A DNA stretch of 64,000 bases from a virus. Taxonomy: Duplodnaviria; Caudoviricetes. Every line of letters starts with the position of its first letter. The stretch's first letter is position 1. Below, piece by piece: positions 18,926-28,664 of the stretch. The position numbers and the translations under genes were made by a program. A model generated the notes under the pieces. The model saw only the letters and a program-made list of their open reading frames with translations. It was not told the origin of the DNA and did not search any database. Location of the stretch: IMG/VR virus record IMGVR_UViG_3300031673_000017, positions 1-64,000 of that record; one strand, given 5' to 3'.

Positions 18926-20179
18926 TTACGGTGCACCAACGATTCGCATCGCAAGTTCTGGACGTACGAGGTCAGCACCATAAAGAATGTCGAATTCCCA
19001 GACTGTTTGTTTATGTTGTCTGGAAACTTCTAATCTAAGGATTAGCCCCGTGACTGGATCTTGCATTGTAAGCATCTGATTTCCCAATGCATACTGAGAA
19101 GAGTTAGCGAGCAATGGACGAGTCGCGAATGCAAACGCATCACGATGGAAAACCATATTAACCGCATGGCTATTAGCGATGGTTATGGTGTCACCTGCAG
19201 CACAAGTATGTTTCAACGCTGGCTGAAAATCAACTGGAACGCCTGCACCAGTATTTGTTAAAGTAACAGCGGCTGCTTCAGTAACAACATACGTCTGATC
19301 ATCTGGAACTAATGTATTGGCAATTTGAAAAATATCGCCTGGAACGATTGTTTTGGAATCGTTATCTGCATCAATCATACCAATGGTTGTAGCACCTAAA
19401 GCACAAGCACCACTTCCAACTGTGAGTTTAGAACGAGTTGCATCAAAAGCCGTTCCACATGTATGGTCTGGAACATGATCGTCTGCCACCCAGTCAATGC
19501 CATACTTTCTACCAATTTCACCTTCGATTTTTACAGCAGCAGACATAATTTTTTCTGCGTCACTGAATTGTGAAAGGTCAAGAGCATTAGCTTCAGCGTC
19601 AAAATTCAAAACACCTCTGCGATCAGTTCTCGGACAAAGTTGAATATTCAAAATTTTCTTTGCCCCTGTCGCAGCACTTACACCAGATGTCGGAGTTGTT
19701 CCAGTAGGTGCAAAAGGATCTACAAAAGCATCAACATTATTAGTGTTGCTGGAAAGAAATCCGTAGATGCCACGAGAAGTACCTTTATACTTGCTAAAAA
19801 TAAATTGGTTTACTTCGTTCGCTAAAGCTTTTACAGCTTCATTCATTTGCATCGGAAGAAAATTCTCATTAGCGTCGATTTCGCACAATTCACGATCTGT
19901 TAAACCGATGGGGTCATTTTGACGCCACTGGTCTAACGGAATCTGAACTTGTGTCGGCGTACACGAAACAGGAGTATCACCAGCCGGCTGAGCAAGAACT
20001 TCTTTAGTTGCTACAGCTACTGGAACAGGAACATCGATTGTCGTTCCTTTTTTCGCGGCTTCGACACTGTAATCACTATTTACAAGCCTCGGCATGAAAC
20101 AACGTTCTCGTAACGTCATTAATGCACGTGCCAAAATTATTGGCATTATATTACTTAATGAATTAATTTGAGTTGTCAT
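18926..20179 (-). CDS. Major capsid protein, P22 coat family
   Basis: ILARALMTLRERCFMPRLVNSDY...KKGTTIDVPVP...AVKALANEVN...NMVFHRDAFAFATRPL...EFDILYGADLVRPELAMRI. Confidence 0.92.
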   Translation of the reverse strand: MTTQINSLSNIMPIILARALMTLRERCFMPRLVNSDYSVEAAKKGTTIDVPVPVAVATKEVLAQPAGDTPVSCTPTQVQIPLDQWRQNDPIGLTDRELCEIDANENFLPMQMNEAVKALANEVNQFIFSKYKGTSRGIYGFLSSNTNNVDAFVDPFAPTGTTPTSGVSAATGAKKILNIQLCPRTDRRGVLNFDAEANALDLSQFSDAEKIMSAAVKIEGEIGRKYGIDWVADDHVPDHTCGTAFDATRSKLTVGSGACALGATTIGMIDADNDSKTIVPGDIFQIANTLVPDDQTYVVTEAAAVTLTNTGAGVPVDFQPALKHTCAAGDTITIANSHAVNMVFHRDAFAFATRPLLANSSQYALGNQMLTMQDPVTGLILRLEVSRQHKQTVWEFDILYGADLVRPELAMRIVGAP

Positions 20180-20220
20180 AAATTTCTACCTCTAATTTAA
20201 AAACGCTTTAGTTAAGAGGC

Positions 20221-20293
20221 TGAACATCCCGTTCACCCGCAGAATCCCTCTGCTACATCAAATCTAAACAATCTTTTATAGAATCCCTCTATA
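20221..20293 (-). promoter_or_regulatory. Three GGGAU-loop RNA hairpins in the scaffold-capsid intergenic leader
   Basis: Minus strand TATAGA-GGGAT-TCTATA (20277-20293), GCAGA-GGGAT-TCTGC (20239-20253) and TGAAC-GGGAT-GTTCA (20221-20235). Confidence 0.75.
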
Positions 20294-20328
20294 TAAATAT
20301 TGCCAATTAAACAGATGTATGTTTAATC

Positions 20329-21201
20329 TTATGCTTCCATATTAACCTTTGTTTTACCAGAAGCAATGTCCGCAAGATTTGCAGACATTCCTTTTGTATC
20401 TGACGCATTTACAACTTTACTATCTGTTTTCTTATGCGTCGTGTTACTGGTAGAATCAGTTTTTCCAGTTCCTGTAGAATTAGCACCAGAGAAGCAACCA
20501 GCGAAAGTATCTTGGCCTTTCATCTCTTGTACTAATTGCTCAATAGTCATATCATTTCCAGAATTATCACCGATTCTTGGCGTTCCATCCGCTTTTTGAA
20601 CCTCTGGCTTCCACTTCCCATGTGAATCTTTTACCATTACGACTTGATTTCTAACATGGGGCATTAAAACATTAACATTCCCGCCTTCTTTTGAAACAGC
20701 TTCAATTATTTTAGAAGTTACGACTGCTTCTTGAAGCTGGCTTTGGGAGTCTGTTAATTCACTTTCTAAACCAGTTATTTTAGTTGTATTTTGTTTTACA
20801 ACTTCATCTAACTTGGCTTGCATTTTCTGTTCTACTCGCCTCTCAGCTTCCTGAACTGCTTCCTTAACTTTTGTCTCACCATTCCAATTCTTTATTTCAT
20901 CAATTTTATCCAATGCAGACTTAGCAGCTTCTGCATCGATACCTTCATATTTCTTAAGAAATTCTTGGTGGCTTGTCTGAGCATTTTTAAATGCATCCTC
21001 TGATTTTTTAACTTCAGCCTGTAACGCTTTCTCACTCACTCGCAATTTCTCAACAGTACTTTTCAAACCAGATACATCTTCTAAACCTAAACCATCAACT
21101 TTTGTTACATCGAGAACAAATTTGCCGCCCTCTTCTGTATAATGTTCCTTAACTTTTTCATCTAATCCATCTAAACTTGTTCTAATCGCTTTAAGTGCCA
21201 T
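20329..21201 (-). CDS. Capsid scaffolding protein
   Basis: MALKAIRTSLDGLDEKVKEHYTEEGGKFVLDV...EDVSGLKSTVEKLR, long coiled coil, C-terminal FAGCFSGANSTGTG; directly upstream of the coat gene. Confidence 0.85.
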   Translation of the reverse strand: MALKAIRTSLDGLDEKVKEHYTEEGGKFVLDVTKVDGLGLEDVSGLKSTVEKLRVSEKALQAEVKKSEDAFKNAQTSHQEFLKKYEGIDAEAAKSALDKIDEIKNWNGETKVKEAVQEAERRVEQKMQAKLDEVVKQNTTKITGLESELTDSQSQLQEAVVTSKIIEAVSKEGGNVNVLMPHVRNQVVMVKDSHGKWKPEVQKADGTPRIGDNSGNDMTIEQLVQEMKGQDTFAGCFSGANSTGTGKTDSTSNTTHKKTDSKVVNASDTKGMSANLADIASGKTKVNMEA

Positions 21202-21238
21202 TTAGTTCTCCTCTAATTAAATTAATAAATTATTTTAT

Positions 21239-21370
21239 TTACTCAGTTACTTCTATAACTGTGACTTCACTTTCATCTCCAACGAATTCAAATTCATCTG
21301 AAGTTCCAACAAAACGTTGGCCTGCTTGTTCTTGTTCTTGCATTTCTTCTTTTGTTAATTCTTTAGCCAT
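21239..21370 (-). CDS. 43-aa acidic hypothetical protein (below the track threshold)
   Basis: Hand translation MAKELTKEEMQEQEQAGQRFVGTSDEFEFVGDESEVTVIEVTE; the start overlaps the upstream stop. Confidence 0.6.
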   Translation of the reverse strand: MAKELTKEEMQEQEQAGQRFVGTSDEFEFVGDESEVTVIEVTE

Positions 21371-21594
21371 TATAAAATCCTATCGAATAATATTCCATTA
21401 TCGCCTTTGAAATGACGGGTATGGTCAAATCCGCCGATAATGATCTTCTCAGGAATTCCATCTTTGAATGCTTTACATGTCGTCATATTATTATTTAGAT
21501 TTTTACATGCTAAGCACTGGATGGACATATCGATTTGTGCGTCTCCAATTATCCCGTCGCCATATGCTGGAACTATTACTTGTTCTGTTCTCAT
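21370..21594 (-). CDS. Small Cys/His protein downstream of the MuF toxin gene (candidate immunity or partner)
   Basis: QCLACKN...TCKAFKDGIPEKIIIGGFDHTRHFKGDNGILF; overlaps the MuF stop (ATGA). Confidence 0.6.
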   Translation of the reverse strand: MRTEQVIVPAYGDGIIGDAQIDMSIQCLACKNLNNNMTTCKAFKDGIPEKIIIGGFDHTRHFKGDNGILFDRIL

Positions 21595-23864
21595 TTTAAT
21601 AAGTCCTCAATATATTTCGTGCTTTCTGGGAAGAATTGTTTTAATTTATTCCCTACTGTTAGTGCCTGTTGCCCCTGCCCCATTAGTTCAGAGAATAAAT
21701 CAGCAAATGTTTCATCGCGTCCAGCAGAGCCTTCCTGCAAAAAGTACTTTAAGTCATTTTTAGTAATATCATTAGGTGTTAATTTAGCAATATCTTTTTT
21801 ATATGCTGCTTTGAAAAATTCTGAATCACTATAACTTACTTTTACTGAATGATTAAATCCGTGTCCTGTTTCATGATTTATAGTGTATTTCAACATTGTT
21901 TTAGATGGTTTATCGAATTTTTTTAATTTAGCTGAATACTTAGTTTCACTAATTGTAATGGTTTTGGTATTGATGTTGAACATCCCACCAGAGGAGTCCC
22001 ATGTTGCACCTTCTGACCAACCTCGTGGATGCTTTCCAGCTAATCTCGGATAAACTTCCGTTATCTTACTGCCATTTGTATATGAAACTCTGCTATCATT
22101 TAATGCTTTTTTAATTTTTTCTGGGTATGAATCTATTGTATCATTTATAATTTTATTAAATTCTTTTGAAGTTGTTTTAGTCGTAGTTATCCTGACTTTT
22201 GATGCTGTTACCGGAGGTGCTGATTTTAGTTGGGCTTGCTTTGTTATCTCAGTTAGATAAACTTTATTACCAACTATTTTATCAACTTTGAATGGTGTAC
22301 CTGCTTTGAAAAGAATTTCTTTTTCGATCCTACCAATTCCAGAATACTCTGCTATATCTCGACCTGATTTTCCTTTTATCTGTAATATAACGCCTTTTTT
22401 GTTGGCGAGTTCAGGGACAAGGCCCTTAGAAAATCCTTCTGCGATTCTTTCATCAGCCGAAGTTGATTGAAAACTTTTACTATTCCAAATACTGCCCTTT
22501 TTAAATTGTTGTAAAAATGCAGTTCTTTTAGATTCATTTCTGAATGCTAATCCACGATACGAAGTTCCATTATAACCATTCATTTTCTTAAGAATTTTTT
22601 CAACTTTGTTTGCCTCAACCAGTGCATCCGATATAGATGGTAATGGCATATCACTTCTTAAAGACTCTCCTAATTGTGCTTTAACAACATTTATATGATT
22701 ATTAAAAGACCAATCTTTTAATATTTTTTCATCTGATGATGTAAGTTTTAACCCCGTTCCTTTTGTTGGTATTGCTTTAACTTGCATCGGAGGTGCTGGT
22801 GCTAAATCAATTCCTTCACGTTTTGCAATTTGTTTTAATGTTAATGGCTTCATATCCTTGCCAACAAATTTATCTATGCTTAATCCTTTTCCAGAATCAT
22901 AAAGCTCTGCTCGTTTCTTCCCAAGAACTTTTACTTGAACTGATTTAGGTTGAGTCTTTAGCCACTGTTTGTAAGTCATCTTATCTGGAACTGCACCATT
23001 CATTGATGCTCGCGTCGCTGGTGGTGGATCTATAATTCCAAATTCTTGCCAAGATGGTGTAATAGGAATTACTGTACTTCTACAATTAAAATGTATTGGC
23101 GGTCGTGGTCCATCTCCAACATCGAATATTCTACCATCGTAGCCGATACATTCCATGCTTGTTCTATCATCTAAAGTAGAAATCCATTGCACTTTTCTAA
23201 TAATGTCCATATTTTTCTTAAATACTTCTTCTTTGGCTTGATGAACTACATTAGAAACGGCTGTGCGTGCGATATATTCTGCTTGCTTCCCCTTAAAATT
23301 TAATGCCTTATTAATACGTGCTCCAATAGCCGGTAAACTCTCGCCTGTCGCTATGCCAACTTTTATTTGTTTAGTCATGGCTATTCTTACAGCAGTGGAA
23401 TACCCTTTCATCCAAGTTCTGAGTTTCTTGCCGTCCATCGGACGCATCGTAACTAAATTTTTCAACACTTCGCTACTCGGCATTGCCATATCAATGTCAA
23501 TTGGAACAGTCTTAGATATTAAATCTTTATTCCAGTCAGCCTCGAATTTAGAGATATTAACGAGCCTATCAACTAATACATTCTCAGCTTTTACCATGCC
23601 AGCAGTTGAAATCTTCTGTGTTGCGGCAAGCATTCTTTTAAGTCGTTGTGCCGGAATTTTATTAATGCTTCCAAGTGTACTTAGATTTTCAACTCGGCCT
23701 AACTCATCTATTAACTTTTTATAGATCTGCGGAAATATTTTCTGTTTAAGAAAACGACTAATGAGTTTAGCCTCGCCCATCTTTAATTGTTCAAGATAAA
23801 CTGCATGACGAATATACCGTTGAAGCAACTTTTCATTTACAGTTGGTATGCGAATTTTGGCCAT
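21591..23864 (-). CDS. MuF / SPP1 gp7-like minor head protein with C-terminal ADP-ribosyltransferase and HExxH metallopeptidase domains
   Basis: MuF: YIARTAV...WISTLDDRTSMECIGYDG...PPIHFNCRS. ART: SYRGL...FQSTSAD...IEKEILF (R-STS-ExE). Peptidase: INHETGHGF...ETFADLF. Confidence 0.88.
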   Translation of the reverse strand: MAKIRIPTVNEKLLQRYIRHAVYLEQLKMGEAKLISRFLKQKIFPQIYKKLIDELGRVENLSTLGSINKIPAQRLKRMLAATQKISTAGMVKAENVLVDRLVNISKFEADWNKDLISKTVPIDIDMAMPSSEVLKNLVTMRPMDGKKLRTWMKGYSTAVRIAMTKQIKVGIATGESLPAIGARINKALNFKGKQAEYIARTAVSNVVHQAKEEVFKKNMDIIRKVQWISTLDDRTSMECIGYDGRIFDVGDGPRPPIHFNCRSTVIPITPSWQEFGIIDPPPATRASMNGAVPDKMTYKQWLKTQPKSVQVKVLGKKRAELYDSGKGLSIDKFVGKDMKPLTLKQIAKREGIDLAPAPPMQVKAIPTKGTGLKLTSSDEKILKDWSFNNHINVVKAQLGESLRSDMPLPSISDALVEANKVEKILKKMNGYNGTSYRGLAFRNESKRTAFLQQFKKGSIWNSKSFQSTSADERIAEGFSKGLVPELANKKGVILQIKGKSGRDIAEYSGIGRIEKEILFKAGTPFKVDKIVGNKVYLTEITKQAQLKSAPPVTASKVRITTTKTTSKEFNKIINDTIDSYPEKIKKALNDSRVSYTNGSKITEVYPRLAGKHPRGWSEGATWDSSGGMFNINTKTITISETKYSAKLKKFDKPSKTMLKYTINHETGHGFNHSVKVSYSDSEFFKAAYKKDIAKLTPNDITKNDLKYFLQEGSAGRDETFADLFSELMGQGQQALTVGNKLKQFFPESTKYIEDLLK

Positions 23865-23867
23865 TAC

Positions 23868-24125
23868 TCATCCTATTGTTACAATCAAAATCAAAGTTCT
23901 AAGTCCATCTTCAAAAATTATAAAGATATACTTCCCAGTGTACTTGAAAACAAAGTCTAAATCCCATACTTCAAATTCAAGATTTTTAAATTCTACTTCT
24001 TCTCTGCTTCTAAATGGTGACGGAGAATAAACTGATGCTTTAACCGAGTAGTATATTTCATTTTTAGCGATGTAAAATAATCTTTGATGGCCTATTTTAT
24101 CATATTTTATTTGCTCTACTTTCAT
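23868..24125 (-). CDS. Hypothetical protein
   Basis: Track ORF filling the gap upstream of MuF, with SD-like GCAGT/AGGC upstream. Confidence 0.5.
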   Translation of the reverse strand: MKVEQIKYDKIGHQRLFYIAKNEIYYSVKASVYSPSPFRSREEVEFKNLEFEVWDLDFVFKYTGKYIFIIFEDGLRTLILIVTIG

Positions 24126-24154
24126 CCATACTGCCTGCCACCCATAATAACTAA

Positions 24155-24700
24155 TTATCCAATCATCGGAGCAGAATCTGCATTTGCAACATTATCTATT
24201 TGATCCGATAGTGTTTTTAATGTATCATTATCTACACCACGAATTGCTGAAACTTTTCCATCAACAGCATCAACCTTACCATCAACTGTTGAAACTCCTG
24301 CGATAGCTGTGTCGACTTTTCCATCAACTGTCGAAACTCCAGCAATGGCTGTATCAACTTTTACATCTACGCCATCAACTTTACCATCTACTGCCACAAC
24401 ATCATCTCCTACAGAATCAATGTTGTGTGCGGTAACTGAATATTTTTTAACAACTTTTCCTGATTTTGTTACACTATCAATTAATACTGTCCACTCACCT
24501 TCAACATCAGGTGTGAAAGCTCCATAATAACGACCAGTCGTACCAATCTCTGTCATTACTACATCTGGAAAATTAATTGCATCGATAGCATGGCCTTCAT
24601 CATAAATTACCATTGTTACATCCAACAATCCAGTCTGTGCTTTTGTCGCTTGATAAGTTATTTCTATTGCTTGCCCAATTTTATATAAACCTTGTCCCAT
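24155..24700 (-). CDS. Ig-like domain plus heptad coiled-coil repeats (candidate head fibre or decoration protein)
   Basis: VVMTEIGTTGRYYGAFTPDVEGEWTVLI; VDGKVDTAIAGVST occurs twice within VDxKVD heptads. Confidence 0.55.
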   Translation of the reverse strand: MGQGLYKIGQAIEITYQATKAQTGLLDVTMVIYDEGHAIDAINFPDVVMTEIGTTGRYYGAFTPDVEGEWTVLIDSVTKSGKVVKKYSVTAHNIDSVGDDVVAVDGKVDGVDVKVDTAIAGVSTVDGKVDTAIAGVSTVDGKVDAVDGKVSAIRGVDNDTLKTLSDQIDNVANADSAPMIG

Positions 24701-24725
24701 AATACTTCCTTTCAGCCCATTTATT

Positions 24726-25112
24726 TTAACCTAATTTTGCATCTTGTTCTACTGTTAAAAATTTTGTTCCATATTTTGAATCCCACATATTTTGTGAGAT
24801 AACTTCAAATTCCATAAAAATTGGTTTTCCTAACGATCCAGCATCGTAGATATATAAAATTAATGGCCCCAATATACTCGTATCTGCAACTGTAACAGTT
24901 AAAAAATAACATCCAGCACAGTTAGGAATATCTGTCCATGTTCTTATTATAATATCTTGAACAGTTCCATTGGCTTTTACAATATAACGCCAATAATACC
25001 AACTAAGTAAAGCCCCATAAATAGGATTAAGTGGATCTGTTACCTTAATTTGTTTCGTCAACAAGACACCAACTCTTAAAATCTGTTGTGTATTTTGGCG
25101 TAACTCTTGCAC
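24726..25112 (-). CDS. Hypothetical beta-rich protein of the head module
   Basis: MQELRQNTQQILRVG...GCYFLTVTVADTSILGPLILYI; lies between portal and MuF. Confidence 0.55.
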   Translation of the reverse strand: MQELRQNTQQILRVGVLLTKQIKVTDPLNPIYGALLSWYYWRYIVKANGTVQDIIIRTWTDIPNCAGCYFLTVTVADTSILGPLILYIYDAGSLGKPIFMEFEVISQNMWDSKYGTKFLTVEQDAKLG

Positions 25113-25115
25113 TTA

Positions 25116-26594
25116 CTACTCCTCATCGTCTGGTTCTAATTCTAAATCTTCATCTTCGGTTCCTTGTTCCAAATCGTCTTCGGGCAATAAGTTTTTTAGG
25201 TCGTTTGCGTCTTCAGCTTCTGCTGCTCGTGCTTCTTCTTCAGCTTCCATGTCTAAAGAAAATACACCGCGTCGTTGTTCTTCCTTTAAGAATCTTTCCC
25301 TTGTTATTTCTCCAGCCTGCCTTATTTTTAATAATAAGTCTTTATCTGAATTTCCTATCACCATTGCTTCAAAATCACTATAAATATTTACATCCATATC
25401 TTCATTTGGTTGAATCTTTCGCCACTCACAAGCAAATGTTAATACTTGTTTCATTCCACGCTCTAACGCTCTAATCCAAGATTGCAGTTGACTGACCGTT
25501 CTACTCTCGTCGATACGTTCTGCAGTCGCAGTATTTGGAATAACTTTCATCAACGGCTGATTGCCAAGAACACGCATTTTATTTTCTGTGTCTTCAATAT
25601 CTTTAGCTCCAGCCTCTATAGATTTACCTGTATGCTCAACATACTTTAAATCAGCTTCCTTTTCAGAAGTTAAAATTGCCTTTGATGGCCCAATGTCTAA
25701 TGCCCCAGTCTTTACTATTTTATCAGGTAAACCTCTTCCAAATAGGAGACCAAAACGCGAGAATCTTAAAATATTTTTTTGGTCCGACGAACTTTGCCAA
25801 TGAGATAAATTCAACCAAGCAAGGTCTATCAACGGTGGCTCTGCAGTCATAAAACCAGTTTTATTTGCATAGATAGTCACTAATGGAATTTTATGGAATG
25901 AGTATGTTTTTTCAGCTATTCTATCATATTTATCTTCATTATCTGAATCTTGCTTATGAAGTTCAAAATTTTCTTTATTGTAAACATTAATGTAATTCGC
26001 TTCTATATCACCATAATCTCCATTAGGCTCTACAACAGTTTCTTTAAATCTTATTTGAGTTAATTCGACTGATTTAGATATTTTTTCTGATTGCCATCCA
26101 ATTAAACTTTTTGGTGATATATTTATTAAATAAACACGAACTCCAAGGCGTTTTTCGTCTGCCAATGTTAATTGTTTACCAGCTTCTATTTCAATCTCAC
26201 TATGATCAACAAGAATATGTGCTATGCCATATTCAATAAGATTAGTTAAAACCTCTTTGATAAATACATCTAATGGCTTATTATTACCATCAACATCATC
26301 TTCAAGATATGCAAGCTCTTCTGGCAATTCTGTTAATCTAACAGGATGTGTAAAAGGTTTATTTGATAATTTATTTAATGTATCTCTAAAACCATTATAT
26401 AATATTGAACGCCCAAGTCTTGTATCATATGCAGTTGCACTTTCACAAGTCTCTATAGGAAGCCATGTTTGGCCAGCTTTACGCATTGCAAGTGTTCCAC
26501 CAAGAAGATCGTGGATTAATTCCCAAAATTCTGACATAGTTTCATATCCCAAACATGGGACACTTACTGGAGATTTTTCTTTTTCTTCAGCCAT
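25116..26594 (-). CDS. Portal protein (DUF4055-type)
   Basis: WELIHDLLGGTLAMRKAGQTWLP...AYDTRLGRSILYN...YGIAHILVD...PPLIDLAWLNLSHWQSSSDQKNIL...DLKYVEHTG...GEITRERFLKEEQRRG. Confidence 0.9.
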   Translation of the reverse strand: MAEEKEKSPVSVPCLGYETMSEFWELIHDLLGGTLAMRKAGQTWLPIETCESATAYDTRLGRSILYNGFRDTLNKLSNKPFTHPVRLTELPEELAYLEDDVDGNNKPLDVFIKEVLTNLIEYGIAHILVDHSEIEIEAGKQLTLADEKRLGVRVYLINISPKSLIGWQSEKISKSVELTQIRFKETVVEPNGDYGDIEANYINVYNKENFELHKQDSDNEDKYDRIAEKTYSFHKIPLVTIYANKTGFMTAEPPLIDLAWLNLSHWQSSSDQKNILRFSRFGLLFGRGLPDKIVKTGALDIGPSKAILTSEKEADLKYVEHTGKSIEAGAKDIEDTENKMRVLGNQPLMKVIPNTATAERIDESRTVSQLQSWIRALERGMKQVLTFACEWRKIQPNEDMDVNIYSDFEAMVIGNSDKDLLLKIRQAGEITRERFLKEEQRRGVFSLDMEAEEEARAAEAEDANDLKNLLPEDDLEQGTEDEDLELEPDDEE

Positions 26595-26600
26595 TTATGA

Positions 26601-27965
26601 TTATGCTCCTATGCGTCCTATCGACGTTAGACAATTGTCTGAGTCCATATCTATTCCGATATAATTAATTCCAAGTTGTTCTGCAGCAACTAACATCGTT
26701 CCACTTCCGCAAAATGGGTCTAAAATTACTTGTTTATTTTCTTCTGTTGATGGCATTTTAATTAATGTTAAAAGATATTTTATTAAGTCCAACGGTTTAA
26801 CTGTCGGATGAACATTCCGAACGCAATCTTCTTTTACGCCTTTTATCTTATGCGTCTTAGAATCAAACCTTTCACATTTCGCACACTCTACAAAACCTCT
26901 TAAGCCAGCATCTTTTTCACTTCGTTTTGCTTTTGCACAATAAAAGAATCTTGATGCCCCACGAAATTGTTCCCGATAAATTTTACCTGGTGTTCCTATA
27001 CCAAATATTCCATCGCTATGTGTTGTTTTCTTTTCTCCGCCGCATTGACTAAGCTGCCCACTCTGCGAATCCATTATGCGAATAGGGCAATCAGGAATAC
27101 AAGCGTAAACTTCCTGTTCGTTTTTCGTTCCGATGCAAATGCAATCTGGTGAATGGCTTAGAATTATGTTGGATGGCCAACGTCCTTGATGATGTTGTGG
27201 GTTTTCGACCTTTTCACCACTTTTCTTTTCACCAGCATTCCATTGATAGCACCCACTCCTACTTGAACCAGCCCTACCTTCCACCATTATATCAGTTCCA
27301 ATTCGGCAACCATCAATATTCAAACCTGCGACGTTCCACTTTTTGGCGTTCTGTGCATAAGTTAAACCCTTTTCTAATGGCTTCATCGCTACGATGATTG
27401 GTTCGTGTGCTGGTTTTAATCCAGTTCCGTATCCTTCCCAAAGTTTTGCGTCGTCTGTTAGTGGTGTTTCTCCATCTACTAAATGTCCACCATCTTGTTC
27501 TGCCTTTTCAGTCCACGGCCTTGGGCTTAGATTTCCACCAGCAGCACCATGACTCGATTCAACCCAAACTTTTTCTCGTTCTACGCCAGATTCTTTATCG
27601 AGTTGTTTTGAGATATTACAAGATTTCGGAAAACCTTCACCATAAATCCAATCAATGTTGTCTTTGATTAAAAATCCAGCGTCTTCAATCGCACAAGCTA
27701 CTCTGTGAGATGTTCGTGTCCCGCCGAAGCAAAGTAAAAAGCTTCCAGGTTTACAAACTCGTAAAACTTCTTTCCAAAGTTCAACATTGTATGCTATACC
27801 TGATGCGTCCCACGCCTTACCCATGAAATTTAATTCGTATGGCGGGTCTGTAACAATTCCATCGAAAAAATTATCTGGAAATATCTTGAGTTTTTCTTCA
27901 CTTTTACCACAAATTATTTGGTTTAATTTAATTTCGTTTTTAATAATCTCGTCTTGCATCGCCAT
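26601..27965 (-). CDS. DNA N6-adenine/N4-cytosine methyltransferase (beta class)
   Basis: IVTDPPYEL (motif IV), LKPAHEPIIVAMKP, GRWPSNII, RFFYCAKA, HPTVKP, ILDPFCGSGT (motif I). Confidence 0.92.
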   Translation of the reverse strand: MAMQDEIIKNEIKLNQIICGKSEEKLKIFPDNFFDGIVTDPPYELNFMGKAWDASGIAYNVELWKEVLRVCKPGSFLLCFGGTRTSHRVACAIEDAGFLIKDNIDWIYGEGFPKSCNISKQLDKESGVEREKVWVESSHGAAGGNLSPRPWTEKAEQDGGHLVDGETPLTDDAKLWEGYGTGLKPAHEPIIVAMKPLEKGLTYAQNAKKWNVAGLNIDGCRIGTDIMVEGRAGSSRSGCYQWNAGEKKSGEKVENPQHHQGRWPSNIILSHSPDCICIGTKNEQEVYACIPDCPIRIMDSQSGQLSQCGGEKKTTHSDGIFGIGTPGKIYREQFRGASRFFYCAKAKRSEKDAGLRGFVECAKCERFDSKTHKIKGVKEDCVRNVHPTVKPLDLIKYLLTLIKMPSTEENKQVILDPFCGSGTMLVAAEQLGINYIGIDMDSDNCLTSIGRIGA

Positions 27966-27974
27966 GCCTTTGAG

Positions 27975-28664
27975 TTAATTAATAGTGTTGAGTGATTTTA
28001 TAAAATTAACAATTGTCTTCGCTGGTAGTACCAGGCCAAACCCGCCCATATAGCCTACAGCACTTCCTATGACTTCGCCATTTAAATTAAACACTGGGCC
28101 ACCTGAACTTCCAGGTTCGATAATTGCATCTGTTGGATATACCCCCATGATAAACGATGGATTAAGTGATGTTACTTCTTTACTTATAATGCCTGAAGAA
28201 ATAGTTTTTAACATTGAATGTGGATTGCTTATTATAAAAATAGCTTCTCCAACTCGTACATCTGCTGAAAACTTTACTTCTTTTGTGTCCTTTAATGCTA
28301 AAGGATTAACCTGTAATATTGCACATTCTTGGCCTAAGTCGGTTTTTACAACTGTTGCTATATATGATTTGCTTTCATTAACTAAAATAATAATTCTATT
28401 TAGCTTTGCGAGATGCCCTGCTGAATAGATATACCCCTTTTCTTTATTAATTACAAATCCTGTCGCACCGTGAGACTTAATCGATGATATGCCATCATCA
28501 GTTGTAAAAGATTCGCTCGCTAATAGTCTTACAACTGAATATTTATGCTCTGCATACAATCTGGGCAGATCTTGCAATGATGGGCGTTCTACGAGCTTTG
28601 AAGCTAAACTAAAAGATAAGAACATGCACATACATAAAATAAATACTGTAGTTTTAGCTTTCAT
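27975..28664 (-). CDS. Trypsin-like (S1C/HtrA-type) serine protease with a signal peptide and no PDZ domain
   Basis: GATGFVI...YSAGH...TDAIIEPGSSGGPVFNLNGEVIG; hydrophobic N-terminus. Confidence 0.85.
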   Translation of the reverse strand: MKAKTTVFILCMCMFLSFSLASKLVERPSLQDLPRLYAEHKYSVVRLLASESFTTDDGISSIKSHGATGFVINKEKGYIYSAGHLAKLNRIIILVNESKSYIATVVKTDLGQECAILQVNPLALKDTKEVKFSADVRVGEAIFIISNPHSMLKTISSGIISKEVTSLNPSFIMGVYPTDAIIEPGSSGGPVFNLNGEVIGSAVGYMGGFGLVLPAKTIVNFIKSLNTIN

